Assembly: GCA_038217285.1 (NCBI GenBank)
Contig: JBBQPO010000069.1
Coordinates: 1-22,834, forward strand
Reading direction: 5' to 3'
DNA: 22,834 nt
Origin: Chthonomonadales bacterium
GTDB taxonomy: Bacteria; Armatimonadota; Chthonomonadetes; Chthonomonadales; Chthonomonadaceae
Shown here: one piece after another, positions 1 through 9,126 of the stretch
Position numbering within the stretch: the stretch's first letter is position 1
How the letters are laid out: each line of letters starts with the position of its first letter
The notes under the pieces: model-generated
What the model was told of the DNA's origin: nothing
The model's database searches: none
The model's input: only the letters and a program-made list of their open reading frames with translations
Translations under genes and position numbers: made by a program

Positions 1-1466
1 AAGGAGTAGTCTTCGAGGTAGCCGTTGAGCTTGGCCTGACCGTTGCGATAGGTACGGAGGAGGCGGAGGTGCCCGCTTTCATCGCGCCTGGTCATGTTCG
101 CTTGTAGGAACTCGGCGTTTCGGATTGCGACCTGTCGGAACTCGGCATGGTCCAGCACGGCGGCGACCTCGGCAAAAGCGGCCAGCATCAAGCCATTCCA
201 GGCCGTCAGAACCTTGTCGTCGAGGTGGGGCTTAATGCGTTTCTCCCGCGCTGCGAAGAGGCGTGTGCGGCCGGTGTCCAGGATCGCAGCCGTCTCCTCG
301 ATGGTGAGGCGGAACTGCGCCGCGACCTGCGGGGCGTCTCGCGCGACACGGAGAATATTCGAGCCTTCCCAGTTCCCACCGGACGAGATGTCAAAGAATG
401 TGCCGAAAACTTCGGCGTCACGCTCGCCAAGGATTGTACGCACTTCGTCGCTTGTCCAGACAAAGAACCGGCCCTCTTCGCCTTCGCTATCGGCGTCCTG
501 AGCCGAGAAGAAGCCGCCTTCCTGCGATGTCATCTCTCGGACGACGTACTCTAGAATCTCCTCCGCGACTCCACGATAGAAGGTCTTTCCGGTCGCCTGA
601 TAGCAGCGGATATAGGTCTGGGCCAACTGGGCGTTGTCGTAGAGCATCTTCTCGAAGTGGGGGACCAGCCAGACCTGGTCCACGCTGTAGCGATGAAACC
701 CGCCTCCGAGTTGGTCATAGATTCCGCCGAGCGCCATCTGGTTGAGGGTCTTCTCGACCATGGCGAGGGGCTCTGCGCGCCGACTGTGCGCATGGAAGCG
801 CAGGAGGAAGTCCAGGTTGGCGGGTTGTGGAAACTTGGGGCTGGAGCCGAAGCCGCCGTACTGCCGGTCAAACCGCGTAGACAGGGACGCGAAGGCGTTC
901 TCGAGGACCGTCGGTGTGAGCAGCGAGTCGGAGAGATGGCGGGCGAGATCGTTGGTTTCGTCGAGTTGCGCCAGGAGCTCTCGGCCCATGGTTTCGATCT
1001 CGTGCGGGCGATCCCTCCAGGATTCCGCCACGGCGGTGAGCACACGGGGAAATCCGGGGCGACCGTAATGGTCGGTGGGCGGATAGTAGGTTCCGCCGTA
1101 GAACGGTTTGCCCTGCGGCGTCAGAAACATCGTCATTGGCCAGCCGCCCTGCCCGGTCAGCATCTGCACGGCGGCCATATAGATCGCATCCACGTCGGGA
1201 CGCTCTTCTCGGTCTACCTTGACGTTGATAAAATCCTGGTTCATCTGTCCCGCAATGGCCTCGTTCTCGAAGCTCTCCCGCTCCATGACGTGGCACCAGT
1301 GGCAGGCCGAGTAGCCTACAGAAAGCAGAATCGGCTTGTTCTGCGCCACCGCCGCTGCGAACGCCTCCGGTCCCCAGGCGTACCAATCGACCGGATTGTG
1401 GGCATGTTGGAGCAGGTACGGACTGGTCTCTTGAGCGAGTCTATTGGTGTGAGAAGAGGGCGGCAT
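1..1466 (-). CDS. yyaL: Thioredoxin-domain protein, YyaL/SSP411 (DUF255) family; 3' end runs off the window
   Basis: Hand translation from ATG at 1466 (AGGAG RBS upstream) gives [32 protein letters not shown]...[22 protein letters not shown]. The same frame reads [12 protein letters not shown] at the window edge. It is missing from the ORF track because there is no stop codon in the window. Confidence 0.93.
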   Translation of the reverse strand, partial: MPPSSHTNRLAQETSPYLLQHAHNPVDWYAWGPEAFAAAVAQNKPILLSVGYSACHWCHVMERESFENEAIAGQMNQDFINVKVDREERPDVDAIYMAAVQMLTGQGGWPMTMFLTPQGKPFYGGTYYPPTDHYGRPGFPRVLTAVAESWRDRPHEIETMGRELLAQLDETNDLARHLSDSLLTPTVLENAFASLSTRFDRQYGGFGSSPKFPQPANLDFLLRFHAHSRRAEPLAMVEKTLNQMALGGIYDQLGGGFHRYSVDQVWLVPHFEKMLYDNAQLAQTYIRCYQATGKTFYRGVAEEILEYVVREMTSQEGGFFSAQDADSEGEEGRFFVWTSDEVRTILGERDAEVFGTFFDISSGGNWEGSNILRVARDAPQVAAQFRLTIEETAAILDTGRTRLFAAREKRIKPHLDDKVLTAWNGLMLAAFAEVAAVLDHAEFRQVAIRNAEFLQANMTRRDESGHLRLLRTYRNGQAKLNGYLEDYS

Positions 1467-1497
1467 GGCATACTCCTGATCAATGTTTCTAACACCG

Positions 1498-1527
1498 AGT
1501 GTACCTGCTACTCTCGTGTACGCACAA
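1498..1527 (-). promoter_or_regulatory. Possible sigma70 promoter for yyaL
   Basis: Minus strand TTGTGC-N18-TACACT, about 30 nt upstream of the start codon. The -35 match is weak. Confidence 0.35.
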
Positions 1528-1690
1528 CCCTGTCCTCTTCCGGTGAGTTTACATCGCCCGGCAACGTTACGGGTCGATAATCTCCGTGGCAATCTGACCA
1601 TCGGAAGCGCGAATGGCGTAGATGTTCTAATCTGACTCGCTAACTTCCAGGCAACCTTGCGGGTGGCCAGGGGGAGAAGGTTAAGAAGTT

Positions 1691-2272
1691 ATGTGGTCAC
1701 GCAAAGCGAAAGTGAAATGGATCGTGACGGTGCCTTGCGTTCTCGTCGTGGTGTGGTACTGGTACGATGCTGCCACACGGATGAGCGGATATTATGTCGG
1801 AAAAGCGTGTGCAGTGAATCTGCACAGGATATACTCAGGGCTGGCCCTTTACGCGCAGGACTACGATCAGCAACTGCCGATCGCTTCCGTCTGGATGGAT
1901 CGAACGAAGGATCATCTCCAGAGCGACCGCCGCCCACTGAGCGTATTTCACTGCCCCGCCGTGAGCCAGGGATCGCAGGCTTTTGGCTACGGATTCAATC
2001 GGGTCCTTTCCAGTGCACCGATAAATCGATACCCCAGTGAAACCGTGCTTGTCTTCGATTCACAGAACACACACTGGAATGCGAACAGTGATCCGGTCTT
2101 AGTCGCCTATCCCGTGCGCCATGAACGTAAGTGGCCAAAACCCATGGACAATGCCGTGTGCATCGACGGCCACATGAGACGTATCCGGACAATCGATATT
2201 TTCCCCTTGGCAAGCGGAGGCGCTACCATCAAAGCCAACTCTGCAGACCTGCTGAAGCTCTCAGGCAGATGA
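1691..2272 (+). CDS. Membrane-anchored DUF1559 / H-X9-DG-type protein lacking the prepilin methylation motif
   Basis: N-terminal hydrophobic helix, then CAVNLHRIYSGLALYAQDYDQQLP, VFHCP, YGFN, ETVLVFDS and C-terminal RH...NAVCIDGH, all typical of the DUF1559/H-X9-DG family. Confidence 0.75.
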   Translation: MWSRKAKVKWIVTVPCVLVVVWYWYDAATRMSGYYVGKACAVNLHRIYSGLALYAQDYDQQLPIASVWMDRTKDHLQSDRRPLSVFHCPAVSQGSQAFGYGFNRVLSSAPINRYPSETVLVFDSQNTHWNANSDPVLVAYPVRHERKWPKPMDNAVCIDGHMRRIRTIDIFPLASGGATIKANSADLLKLSGR

Positions 2273-2415
2273 GGCAGGCGCGAATGTCGATACCTTTGAG
2301 CCTATTTTTCGCCGCAACGGTGGTTTTCGTATTCGGGATTCCGCGCTTTGCACCGCATGGCTGGAGTGGAACTGACTTCGGTCACGCTGGTTTAGGCAGG
2401 GATTACGAGGGCTAG
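2269..2415 (+). CDS. Possible 48-aa small membrane protein
   Basis: ATGA overlap with the stop of the upstream gene and a hydrophobic stretch IPLSLFFAATVVFVFGI. No family recognised. Confidence 0.25.
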   Translation: MRQARMSIPLSLFFAATVVFVFGIPRFAPHGWSGTDFGHAGLGRDYEG

Positions 2416-2466
2416 CGGCGTATCCTACATCCATACGAGGCTAACACCGGAAAGTAGGGAGATGGA

Positions 2467-5268
2467 ATGGCGACGGGCAGACCACTATGGGTGACGACAG
2501 ACCAACATGCGCGACTGACGGAGTTGCTCAGCACGGAGCCGGAGGTCAAGGACATTCCGCTGCGGCGCGATATACGTTCGCTGGGACGACTGCTCGGCGA
2601 AATTATGATCGAACAGCAGGATCAGGGTCTGTTCGATACGGTGGAACAGTTGCGTCAGTTGGCGATCCAACATCGGGAAGAGAGCGGCGCAGGACCCGGA
2701 ACAGCCGAGCCTCGGCACGACGCCAACCCCGAACCGCTGGCCCGCGTCGAGCAGATCATCGCCGGGCTGAGTCTGGAGCAGTCGTACCGGGTGACCAAAG
2801 CCTTCGCCGCCTATTTCGAGCTCATCAATCTCGCCGAGGCCAATCATCGCAAGCGGAGGCTGCGGGCCTCTCGGGCGCTCTCGGAGCCAGCCTCCCCCGG
2901 CTCCTTTCAGGGCACCTTGGAGAGGTTGAAGCGCAATGGAGTCGGCGTCGAGGAGGCGCTGGGATGGCTGGGCAAGGTGATGGTAATTCCTACATTTACG
3001 GCGCATCCGACCGAGGTGGCTCGCCGCACCGTGCTGACGAAACGCCGCAACATCGCCCACGAGATCGAACAGATCGACTGGCTGCCCCTGACCAGTGCGG
3101 AAGCGAGCGAGCGGGAGAGCCGAATCGCGGCCAATATCATGGCGCTGTGGCAGACCGACGAAGTGCGCCGCCGCGCCCCCACCGTGCGTGACGAGATTCG
3201 AATGGGACTTGACTACTACTCGAACGTCCTTATCGAGACGCTGCCCCGTCTCTATACGACCATGGCTGCCGCCATCGGCCTTGTATACGGAACGGACATC
3301 GCCGCCTGCGACCTCCCAGCTGTCGTGCGTTTTGGCTCCTGGATCGGTGGTGACCGTGACGGCAATCCGTACGTCACTCCGGAGATGACGCGGCATGCCC
3401 TGCTGCTGGCGCGTCAGGTTATCCTCAACGCCTACCTCACCTCAGTAGAACATCTGATCGAAAATTTGAGCACTTCCGAACGCCAGGTTGCCATCTCGTC
3501 CCGCTTGAAAGCGGCCACTGAGCACTACGGCCAGACCGTTCGTCTGGATGACAGCGACTTCCGGACGCGGGCTGTGGACGAACTCTATCGTCGGTTTCTG
3601 GCCTATGTGCTGCACCGTTTGCGGTGTTCCCTCGTCTCCCCCGGTGCAGGCGACGCCTATCCCGGCGCAGAAGCGTTTGCGGCCGACTTGAAGCTCGTTC
3701 GCGACAGCCTGAGGGAGCACCGGGGCGATCGCATGGTCGTCCTGTTCCTCGACCCTCTGCTGCGTCAGGTAGAGACGTTCGGGTTTCACCTGCATACGCT
3801 CGACGTGCGGCAGCACGCGAAGGTACATGCGGAGGCGGTGGAAGCGTTGTCGGCCGCGGCTCCGCTCCAGGCCGATGCCCCGCAACTTCCGCCGACGCCC
3901 TCGCCCGATACGCGCAACCTGCTCGACACCATGCGGGGGATTGCGGAGTTGAAAAAGACGTTCCCGCCCGAATCGATTCGCACCTATATCATCAGTGGCA
4001 CGACCGGCCTGAAGGATATTCTCTCCGTCGCCTGGCTGGCGGAGGCCAACGGGATTTCGGTGGCAGCACGGACCTTCGGCGAGGAGGCCGCCGATCCGGG
4101 ACTGATGCCAGTTCCACTCTTCGAATCGATCGAGGATCTGCGCAACGGGGCGGAGATATGTCGGGCGCTCTGGACGCACCCGGACTATCAGTCTCGTCTC
4201 GACTCGTGGGGACGGGTGCAGGAGGTCATGCTGGGCTATTCCGACAGCAACAAAGACGGCGGTATGCTGACCAGCACGTGGGAGATATTCAAGGCGCACC
4301 GCGCGCTTCATCAGGTGGCGGTGGAGTGCGGCATCAAGCTGCGACTGTTTCACGGGCGGGGCGGCACGGTGGGGCGTGGGGGAGGGCCGACGCATCGGGC
4401 GATTGCGGCGCAGCCGCCTGGAGCCTTCACTGGCGAGATCAAGATCACGGAGCAGGGCGAGGTTCTCAACTGGAAGTATGCCGACCCGATTGTGGCCGAG
4501 CGCAACCTCGAACTGATGGTAGCGGCCTCTCTGGAGGCGCTGACGCGCTCTGCGGGCTGGGGCGCGACGATAGCGCCGGAGTGGGAGACCGCGCTCGACA
4601 CCCTGTCGCAGGACGCTTTCGACTACTATCGGCAGAATATCTACGACAACGTCGATATTCTGCCCTATTTCGAGCAGGCGACCCCGGTGGAAGAACTGTC
4701 GCATGCCCGTATAGGCTCCCGACCCTCCCGACGCAGTGCCCGGAAGAGTCTCGAAGACCTCCGCGCTATTCCCTGGGTGTTCGGCTGGATGCAGTCGCGG
4801 CAGGTCGTTCCAGCCTGGTTTGGCGTCGGTTACGCTCTGGAGCGCTTCCTGGACGCCGCGCCCGACAATGAGGCCCTGCTGCGCTCCATGATGAAGTTCC
4901 CGCTCTTCGAGGATCTCATTCGCAACGTGGAGACCGGCATGGCGAAAGCCGACTTCACCATCGCCCGTCTGTATGCCGATCTTGTCACGGACGAAGCGCT
5001 GCGGGAGCGTGTCTTCACCATGTTGTGTGTCGAGTTTGATCGCACTCACGCGGCGGTACTGCGGGTCACAGGCCAGCGCTGTCTGCTGGAAAACAATACC
5101 GTTCTCGCGCACTCCATAAGGCGCCGGAATCCCTACGTTGATCCGATGAGCCTCATTCAGGTCGATCTGCTCCGCCGAAAGCGAGAGGGAAGCGCCGACG
5201 AACACCTCGACTATGCCCTCGCAGCGACCATCAACGGCATCTCCGCCGGCTTGCGCAACACGGGCTGA
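2467..5268 (+). CDS. ppc: Phosphoenolpyruvate carboxylase
   Basis: Motifs FTAHPTE, SWIGGDRDGNP, QEVMLGYSDSNKDGG, FHGRGGTVGRGGGP, LRAIPWVFGW and C-terminal RNTG; 933 aa. Confidence 0.98.
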   Translation: MATGRPLWVTTDQHARLTELLSTEPEVKDIPLRRDIRSLGRLLGEIMIEQQDQGLFDTVEQLRQLAIQHREESGAGPGTAEPRHDANPEPLARVEQIIAGLSLEQSYRVTKAFAAYFELINLAEANHRKRRLRASRALSEPASPGSFQGTLERLKRNGVGVEEALGWLGKVMVIPTFTAHPTEVARRTVLTKRRNIAHEIEQIDWLPLTSAEASERESRIAANIMALWQTDEVRRRAPTVRDEIRMGLDYYSNVLIETLPRLYTTMAAAIGLVYGTDIAACDLPAVVRFGSWIGGDRDGNPYVTPEMTRHALLLARQVILNAYLTSVEHLIENLSTSERQVAISSRLKAATEHYGQTVRLDDSDFRTRAVDELYRRFLAYVLHRLRCSLVSPGAGDAYPGAEAFAADLKLVRDSLREHRGDRMVVLFLDPLLRQVETFGFHLHTLDVRQHAKVHAEAVEALSAAAPLQADAPQLPPTPSPDTRNLLDTMRGIAELKKTFPPESIRTYIISGTTGLKDILSVAWLAEANGISVAARTFGEEAADPGLMPVPLFESIEDLRNGAEICRALWTHPDYQSRLDSWGRVQEVMLGYSDSNKDGGMLTSTWEIFKAHRALHQVAVECGIKLRLFHGRGGTVGRGGGPTHRAIAAQPPGAFTGEIKITEQGEVLNWKYADPIVAERNLELMVAASLEALTRSAGWGATIAPEWETALDTLSQDAFDYYRQNIYDNVDILPYFEQATPVEELSHARIGSRPSRRSARKSLEDLRAIPWVFGWMQSRQVVPAWFGVGYALERFLDAAPDNEALLRSMMKFPLFEDLIRNVETGMAKADFTIARLYADLVTDEALRERVFTMLCVEFDRTHAAVLRVTGQRCLLENNTVLAHSIRRRNPYVDPMSLIQVDLLRRKREGSADEHLDYALAATINGISAGLRNTG

Positions 5269-5307
5269 TGTGCCTGGTCGAGGGCCATAATTCCTTCGAA
5301 GAAGGGG

Positions 5308-6126
5308 TCAGTCGTCAGACCACTTGACGCCGCTCGCAACGATCATCGGCACCACTTTCCCACACGGCATATTGCCGAGGGGAGAGCCAATAACTGCGGT
5401 CGGATCTATACACCATTTTCCCTGGTCCGCTGTATTACGAGGTGCAACGAGAACACTGCCACTGATTACCTTGGTAGTGCCGACATGCCAGCTCATGTTC
5501 TTTGCGTGGCCATCCGAGTACCCGATGTTGAACATCCCTGCGTGCATAAGATTCGAATTCGTAAACTCGCCGATTTCCTTCCAACCGTCTATCGAAATCG
5601 AGTAGAACGGATCCGTTTGTGTATCCCCGAACATGAATGTATCGGCAGGCGCCACTATGGAGGCGAGCGTCACACCCGCACTTACTGAAATGAGACCCGA
5701 GGTTCCCGGTTCCAGAAGCCCGCCTTCGCCGTGATTCTGATTCTGAATCGGACCCCAGTTGTAACCCACTCCCAGACACCGCAGCGTTTTGTCGGCGCGA
5801 AAACATCCGGTGTGTGTGTTGTTTGGGCAGTAAAAGATCTGAGCGTCCTTAGTGTATGGCTGAAGCAAGGCAGGAAAATCGATAGAGCGAACGGGGTTCG
5901 CGCTGAAATCGCGTGTCAGGCTTGGCAGCGTTTCATCGTGATCCTGGGCATACATCAAATTGGCGTGAACGGTCTGTTTTATATTGGAGATACAGGTTGT
6001 TCTCCTTGCATTCTCACGTGCATGGGCGAAGACCGGAAACAAGAGTGCAGCGATAACGGCGATGATCGCAATGACAACCAGAAGTTCGATGAGTGTAAAT
6101 GCGTTCGTCTGTGACGGTTTATTCAT
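5308..6126 (-). CDS. Prepilin-type N-terminal cleavage/methylation protein with DUF1559 and H-X9-DG domain
   Basis: [43 protein letters not shown]...[16 protein letters not shown] and [21 protein letters not shown] upstream. Confidence 0.93.
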   Translation of the reverse strand: MNKPSQTNAFTLIELLVVIAIIAVIAALLFPVFAHARENARRTTCISNIKQTVHANLMYAQDHDETLPSLTRDFSANPVRSIDFPALLQPYTKDAQIFYCPNNTHTGCFRADKTLRCLGVGYNWGPIQNQNHGEGGLLEPGTSGLISVSAGVTLASIVAPADTFMFGDTQTDPFYSISIDGWKEIGEFTNSNLMHAGMFNIGYSDGHAKNMSWHVGTTKVISGSVLVAPRNTADQGKWCIDPTAVIGSPLGNMPCGKVVPMIVASGVKWSDD

Positions 6127-6204
6127 AGTTATGACCCTCCGTGTCTAACAGGTATGTCTTTGCTGAGTTTGATCTCAGATGACCTTTATTCTGGTCATTG
6201 TACT

Positions 6205-6975
6205 CTATGCCGGAGGCAAAAGGCCATGCTGGAGGCACTTCTGCCGAAACGTCTCCATGCCGTGGCGTTGTTCGGGGGTGAGATCGTAGTTCATCACGTT
6301 GAGGAGATAGTCGCGGGAGCGGTCGAGGGGCAGGTTCATGCGTTCCGCCCAGGTCGAGGCGAGTATTTCCAGGCGTTCAAGACCCCAGGCTTTGGCGCGA
6401 GTGAGAATCGCGGTCATTTCCGGAGTCGCCTGGTCGGTCCGCGCCAGCCAACCGGCGTAGACGAAAGGCAGACCTGTCAGGTCGAACCAGCCCTGGCCGA
6501 GGTCGTAGACCGTGGTGTTGGCATGCAGGGCGAACAGTTTGAGGTCGCCGATGATCAGCCCCGCGTCACAGGTGTGAAGCATGGTTTCGAGATAGGGAGG
6601 CTGCGAAACGTACTGAGGCTGCGCGTGGAACTGTTCTGACAGCAGTATCTTTGTGAGCGCCGCCGAAGTGAGGGAGGAGGTATCGAGCGCGACGGTCCGA
6701 ACCTCCGCGAGCGGAACCTGTGAGAAGAGACGGACACTCTTCACGGCACCGTAGGCTGAGATAGAGATTCCCGGCACCAGAGTCAGACCTGGATTCTGAA
6801 AAGCTTCGAAGATCGAGACGTTGGCGACGTCCAGTTCGTCATGGCGCAGCATCTGCGCGAGCTGCGACGGGACCGCATAGGTCAATTCGACATCGACATT
6901 GCACTCTGCGGAGTGGAACCAGTCGACCAGTGGCTTCGCGTTCAGATAGGGGACGCTGCCGATACGCAGTTTCAT
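6205..6975 (-). CDS. mqnA: Chorismate dehydratase MqnA (futalosine pathway)
   Basis: Start reassigned to MKLRIGSVPYLNAKPL (ATG 6975). Motifs GAVKSVRLFS, SSLTSAAL, IIGD and DLGQGWFDLTGLPFVYA; operon context. Confidence 0.9.
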   Translation of the reverse strand: MKLRIGSVPYLNAKPLVDWFHSAECNVDVELTYAVPSQLAQMLRHDELDVANVSIFEAFQNPGLTLVPGISISAYGAVKSVRLFSQVPLAEVRTVALDTSSLTSAALTKILLSEQFHAQPQYVSQPPYLETMLHTCDAGLIIGDLKLFALHANTTVYDLGQGWFDLTGLPFVYAGWLARTDQATPEMTAILTRAKAWGLERLEILASTWAERMNLPLDRSRDYLLNVMNYDLTPEQRHGMETFRQKCLQHGLLPPA

Positions 6976-7010
6976 GCCTTGTTTCCCTCTCGGCGCTTCT
7001 TCTATTCCCA

Positions 7011-7886
7011 TCAGTGCAACAGCAGGCTGTCGAGCAGGACGAAAGCGAAGAGACTGACGCTGACCCAACCGTTCAGGGTGAAGAACGCCATATCCACGCG
7101 ACTCAGATCGTCCGGCTTCACCAGGCTCTGTTCGTAGAGAATCAGCCCGGCCACCACGGCGACACCCACGTAGTAGAGCCCATGCAGTCCCTCGAGCCTA
7201 CCGATGGCTGCCAGCAACACGACCGCCAGCGCATGTAGGAGGCGAGAAACGTTCAGGGCGTTTGGCTTCCCGATGGCTTTCGGCAGGGAGAACAGGGCGG
7301 TGCTGCGGTCGAAATCGTAGTCCTGCAAGGCATAGATGATGTCGAAGCCACCGATCCAGAGCATGACTACGGCGCCAAGCAAAATCGGCACGACACTTAG
7401 CGTGCCTGTCACCGCGATCCACGCGCCAATCGGAGCGATGCCGATCGCGAAGCCGAGGAAGAGGTGGCAGAGGGCCGTGAAGCGCTTGGTGTACGAGTAG
7501 CCTAGAATGGCGCCGAGCGCTACCGGAGATAGGAGCAGGCAGAGTCGATTGAGCTGCCAGGCAGCAGTCTCGAAGAGGACCACGGCGACAATAAGAAAGC
7601 TCCCGACCTGGGCGCGAGAAAGCAGGCCGGCCGGAAGGTGCCGGTTTGCTGTGCGCGGATTGTCCCGGTCGAAATCCGCGTCTACCAGCCGATTGAACGC
7701 CATCGCGGCGCTGCGCGCCCCGACCATCGCCACCACAATCCAGAACAGCGTCAGGCCATCGAAGCCATGTGCCGTGTGCCGGATGGCGAGCAGAAAGCTG
7801 ATGAGCGCGAAGGGCAACGCGAAAATCGTGTGCTCGAACTTGACCATCGCTAACAGGAGACGGGAACGTGAGAGGAAGGCGTTCAT
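7011..7886 (-). CDS. mqnP: UbiA-family polyprenyltransferase, MqnP-type
   Basis: VKFEHTIFALPFA, AMAFNRLVDADFDRDNPRTANRHLPAG, YSYTKRFT and GFDIIYALQDYDFDR; multiple TM helices; GAGGAG RBS before ATG 7886. Confidence 0.92.
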   Translation of the reverse strand: MNAFLSRSRLLLAMVKFEHTIFALPFALISFLLAIRHTAHGFDGLTLFWIVVAMVGARSAAMAFNRLVDADFDRDNPRTANRHLPAGLLSRAQVGSFLIVAVVLFETAAWQLNRLCLLLSPVALGAILGYSYTKRFTALCHLFLGFAIGIAPIGAWIAVTGTLSVVPILLGAVVMLWIGGFDIIYALQDYDFDRSTALFSLPKAIGKPNALNVSRLLHALAVVLLAAIGRLEGLHGLYYVGVAVVAGLILYEQSLVKPDDLSRVDMAFFTLNGWVSVSLFAFVLLDSLLLH

Positions 7887-7891
7887 GGCGT

Positions 7892-8527
7892 TTACTCCTC
7901 CGAAAACTGCCACTGGGGCACGAGAGTCTGTTCGATGCCGAGCTGCTGCAAGATGCGTCCGACAACGTGATCGACCAGATCTGCAATGGTCTGGGGTTTA
8001 TGGTAGAAGCCCGGCGCGGCCGGAAGTATGATGGCCCCTGCCTCGGCAAGATGGGTCATGTTGCGCAGATGGATGAGATTCCAGGGTGTTTCGCGGGGAA
8101 CGAGGATCAGCTTGCGACGCTCTTTGAGGCAGACGTCGGCGGCCCGCGTGATGAGGTCGTCGCTGATACCGTTGGCGATCCGGCCTGCCGTCCCCATCGA
8201 ACAGGGAACGATCACCATGCCGTCATGCCGGAACGATCCGCTCGCAGGCGGGGAGAAGTAGTCCTTTTTGTCCAGGAAGTGCAGGGCAGGGCAGGGATGA
8301 CCGAGCAGCGTCTCCGCGCTCAGGTTGCGTGGGTTGACGACGCGGTCCGTCTCCAGGCTGATGACCTGCAGCGCCTGATCTGAGAGCGCGACATAGATGT
8401 CGGCATAGTAGCGTACGGCCTCTTCGAGGAAGCGGAGGGCGTAGGGCGCGCCGCTGGCGCCGGTAATCGCGACGACCAGTCTGCCGGTGGAGGAGAGGGG
8501 AGCCGCCGCAGGAGTGCTGTTTGCCAT
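7892..8527 (-). CDS. ubiX: Flavin prenyltransferase UbiX (prFMN synthase; MqnM-type)
   Basis: ITGASGAPYA, PASGS, IVPCSMGT, RAADVCLKERR, PRETP and PGFYHKP. Start taken as ATG 8527; the ORF-track extension overlaps the Nudix gene. Confidence 0.95.
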   Translation of the reverse strand: MANSTPAAAPLSSTGRLVVAITGASGAPYALRFLEEAVRYYADIYVALSDQALQVISLETDRVVNPRNLSAETLLGHPCPALHFLDKKDYFSPPASGSFRHDGMVIVPCSMGTAGRIANGISDDLITRAADVCLKERRKLILVPRETPWNLIHLRNMTHLAEAGAIILPAAPGFYHKPQTIADLVDHVVGRILQQLGIEQTLVPQWQFSEE

Positions 8528-8529
8528 GG

Positions 8530-9120
8530 TCAAGTCCCCAGAAAAGCGCGCAGGCGACGCATGCCGTTCGGTATCGTCTTCAAGACCTCCATCGCTTCCC
8601 GCAGCAGGATGCGATCGTGCTGATCCAGTCGATTTTCGCAGTCCAGGCGGCGGAACAGGTCGCGGGCGGTGATGATCCCTGCCGGATCGCTGCGTATCGG
8701 ATCCAGGGCACGCAGACGACCGACATACATGCCCATATAAGAGAAGGCATGCGGGTACTCGCGATTGGGCAGCCGCTCCGTACATTCTATCTTCAAGACC
8801 GCGAACAGTTGGAATTCTGGCTCCAGATAGGCGCACGCCTCTTCGTAGACTTCCCGGTGCATGGCCTCCTCAAGTGTTTCGCCGATCTCAAGACGTCCGC
8901 CGGGAAAACCGAACTGGCCCTTGCGGTCGCGTACCACCAGAATGCGGTCGGCCTGAAACGCGACGATATGCACGGAAGTTACCGGCGCATCGGTCGGCAG
9001 CACGAGGCAGCGCGAGGCTGTGAGGCGAACGGGCTGCTGGCCCCATTGCATCTCCACGACGAACAGAGGTGCGTCGTTTAACGGTTCCGGGTTATTCGGT
9101 TCTAAAACAGTCTCTTCCAA
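8530..9120 (-). CDS. NUDIX hydrolase
   Basis: Nudix box G-RLEIG-E-TLEEAMH-REVYEE preceded by FPG. TTG start 6 nt after the ubiD stop; the exact start is uncertain. Confidence 0.88.
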   Translation of the reverse strand: MEETVLEPNNPEPLNDAPLFVVEMQWGQQPVRLTASRCLVLPTDAPVTSVHIVAFQADRILVVRDRKGQFGFPGGRLEIGETLEEAMHREVYEEACAYLEPEFQLFAVLKIECTERLPNREYPHAFSYMGMYVGRLRALDPIRSDPAGIITARDLFRRLDCENRLDQHDRILLREAMEVLKTIPNGMRRLRAFLGT

Positions 9121-9126
9121 TTTTAC

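Noticed and set aside
1553-1578. Imperfect hairpin ATCGCCCG...CGGGTCGAT in the divergent intergenic region
   Set aside because: Bulged, no U-tract and no recognisable RNA family; too weak to call.
657-1580. 307-aa plus-strand ORF and other short ORFs in 94-1580
   Set aside because: They are shadows of the yyaL gene on the minus strand and show no recognisable motifs.
3442-5205. 587-aa antisense ORF inside ppc (also 2485-3396 and 3624-4871)
   Set aside because: Stop-poor shadow frames are expected with high-GC codon bias; ppc explains the region fully.
5293-5305. CCTTC-GAA-GAAGG hairpin between ppc and the prepilin gene
   Set aside because: A 5-bp stem with no U-tract; the position is plausible but the support is insufficient for a terminator.
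8528-8836. Apparent N-terminal extension or fusion on UbiX; similar extensions on UbiD, MqnA and GlnD
   Set aside because: These are ORF-caller artefacts overlapping neighbouring genes or promoters; downstream starts give normal lengths. No frameshift signal was seen.
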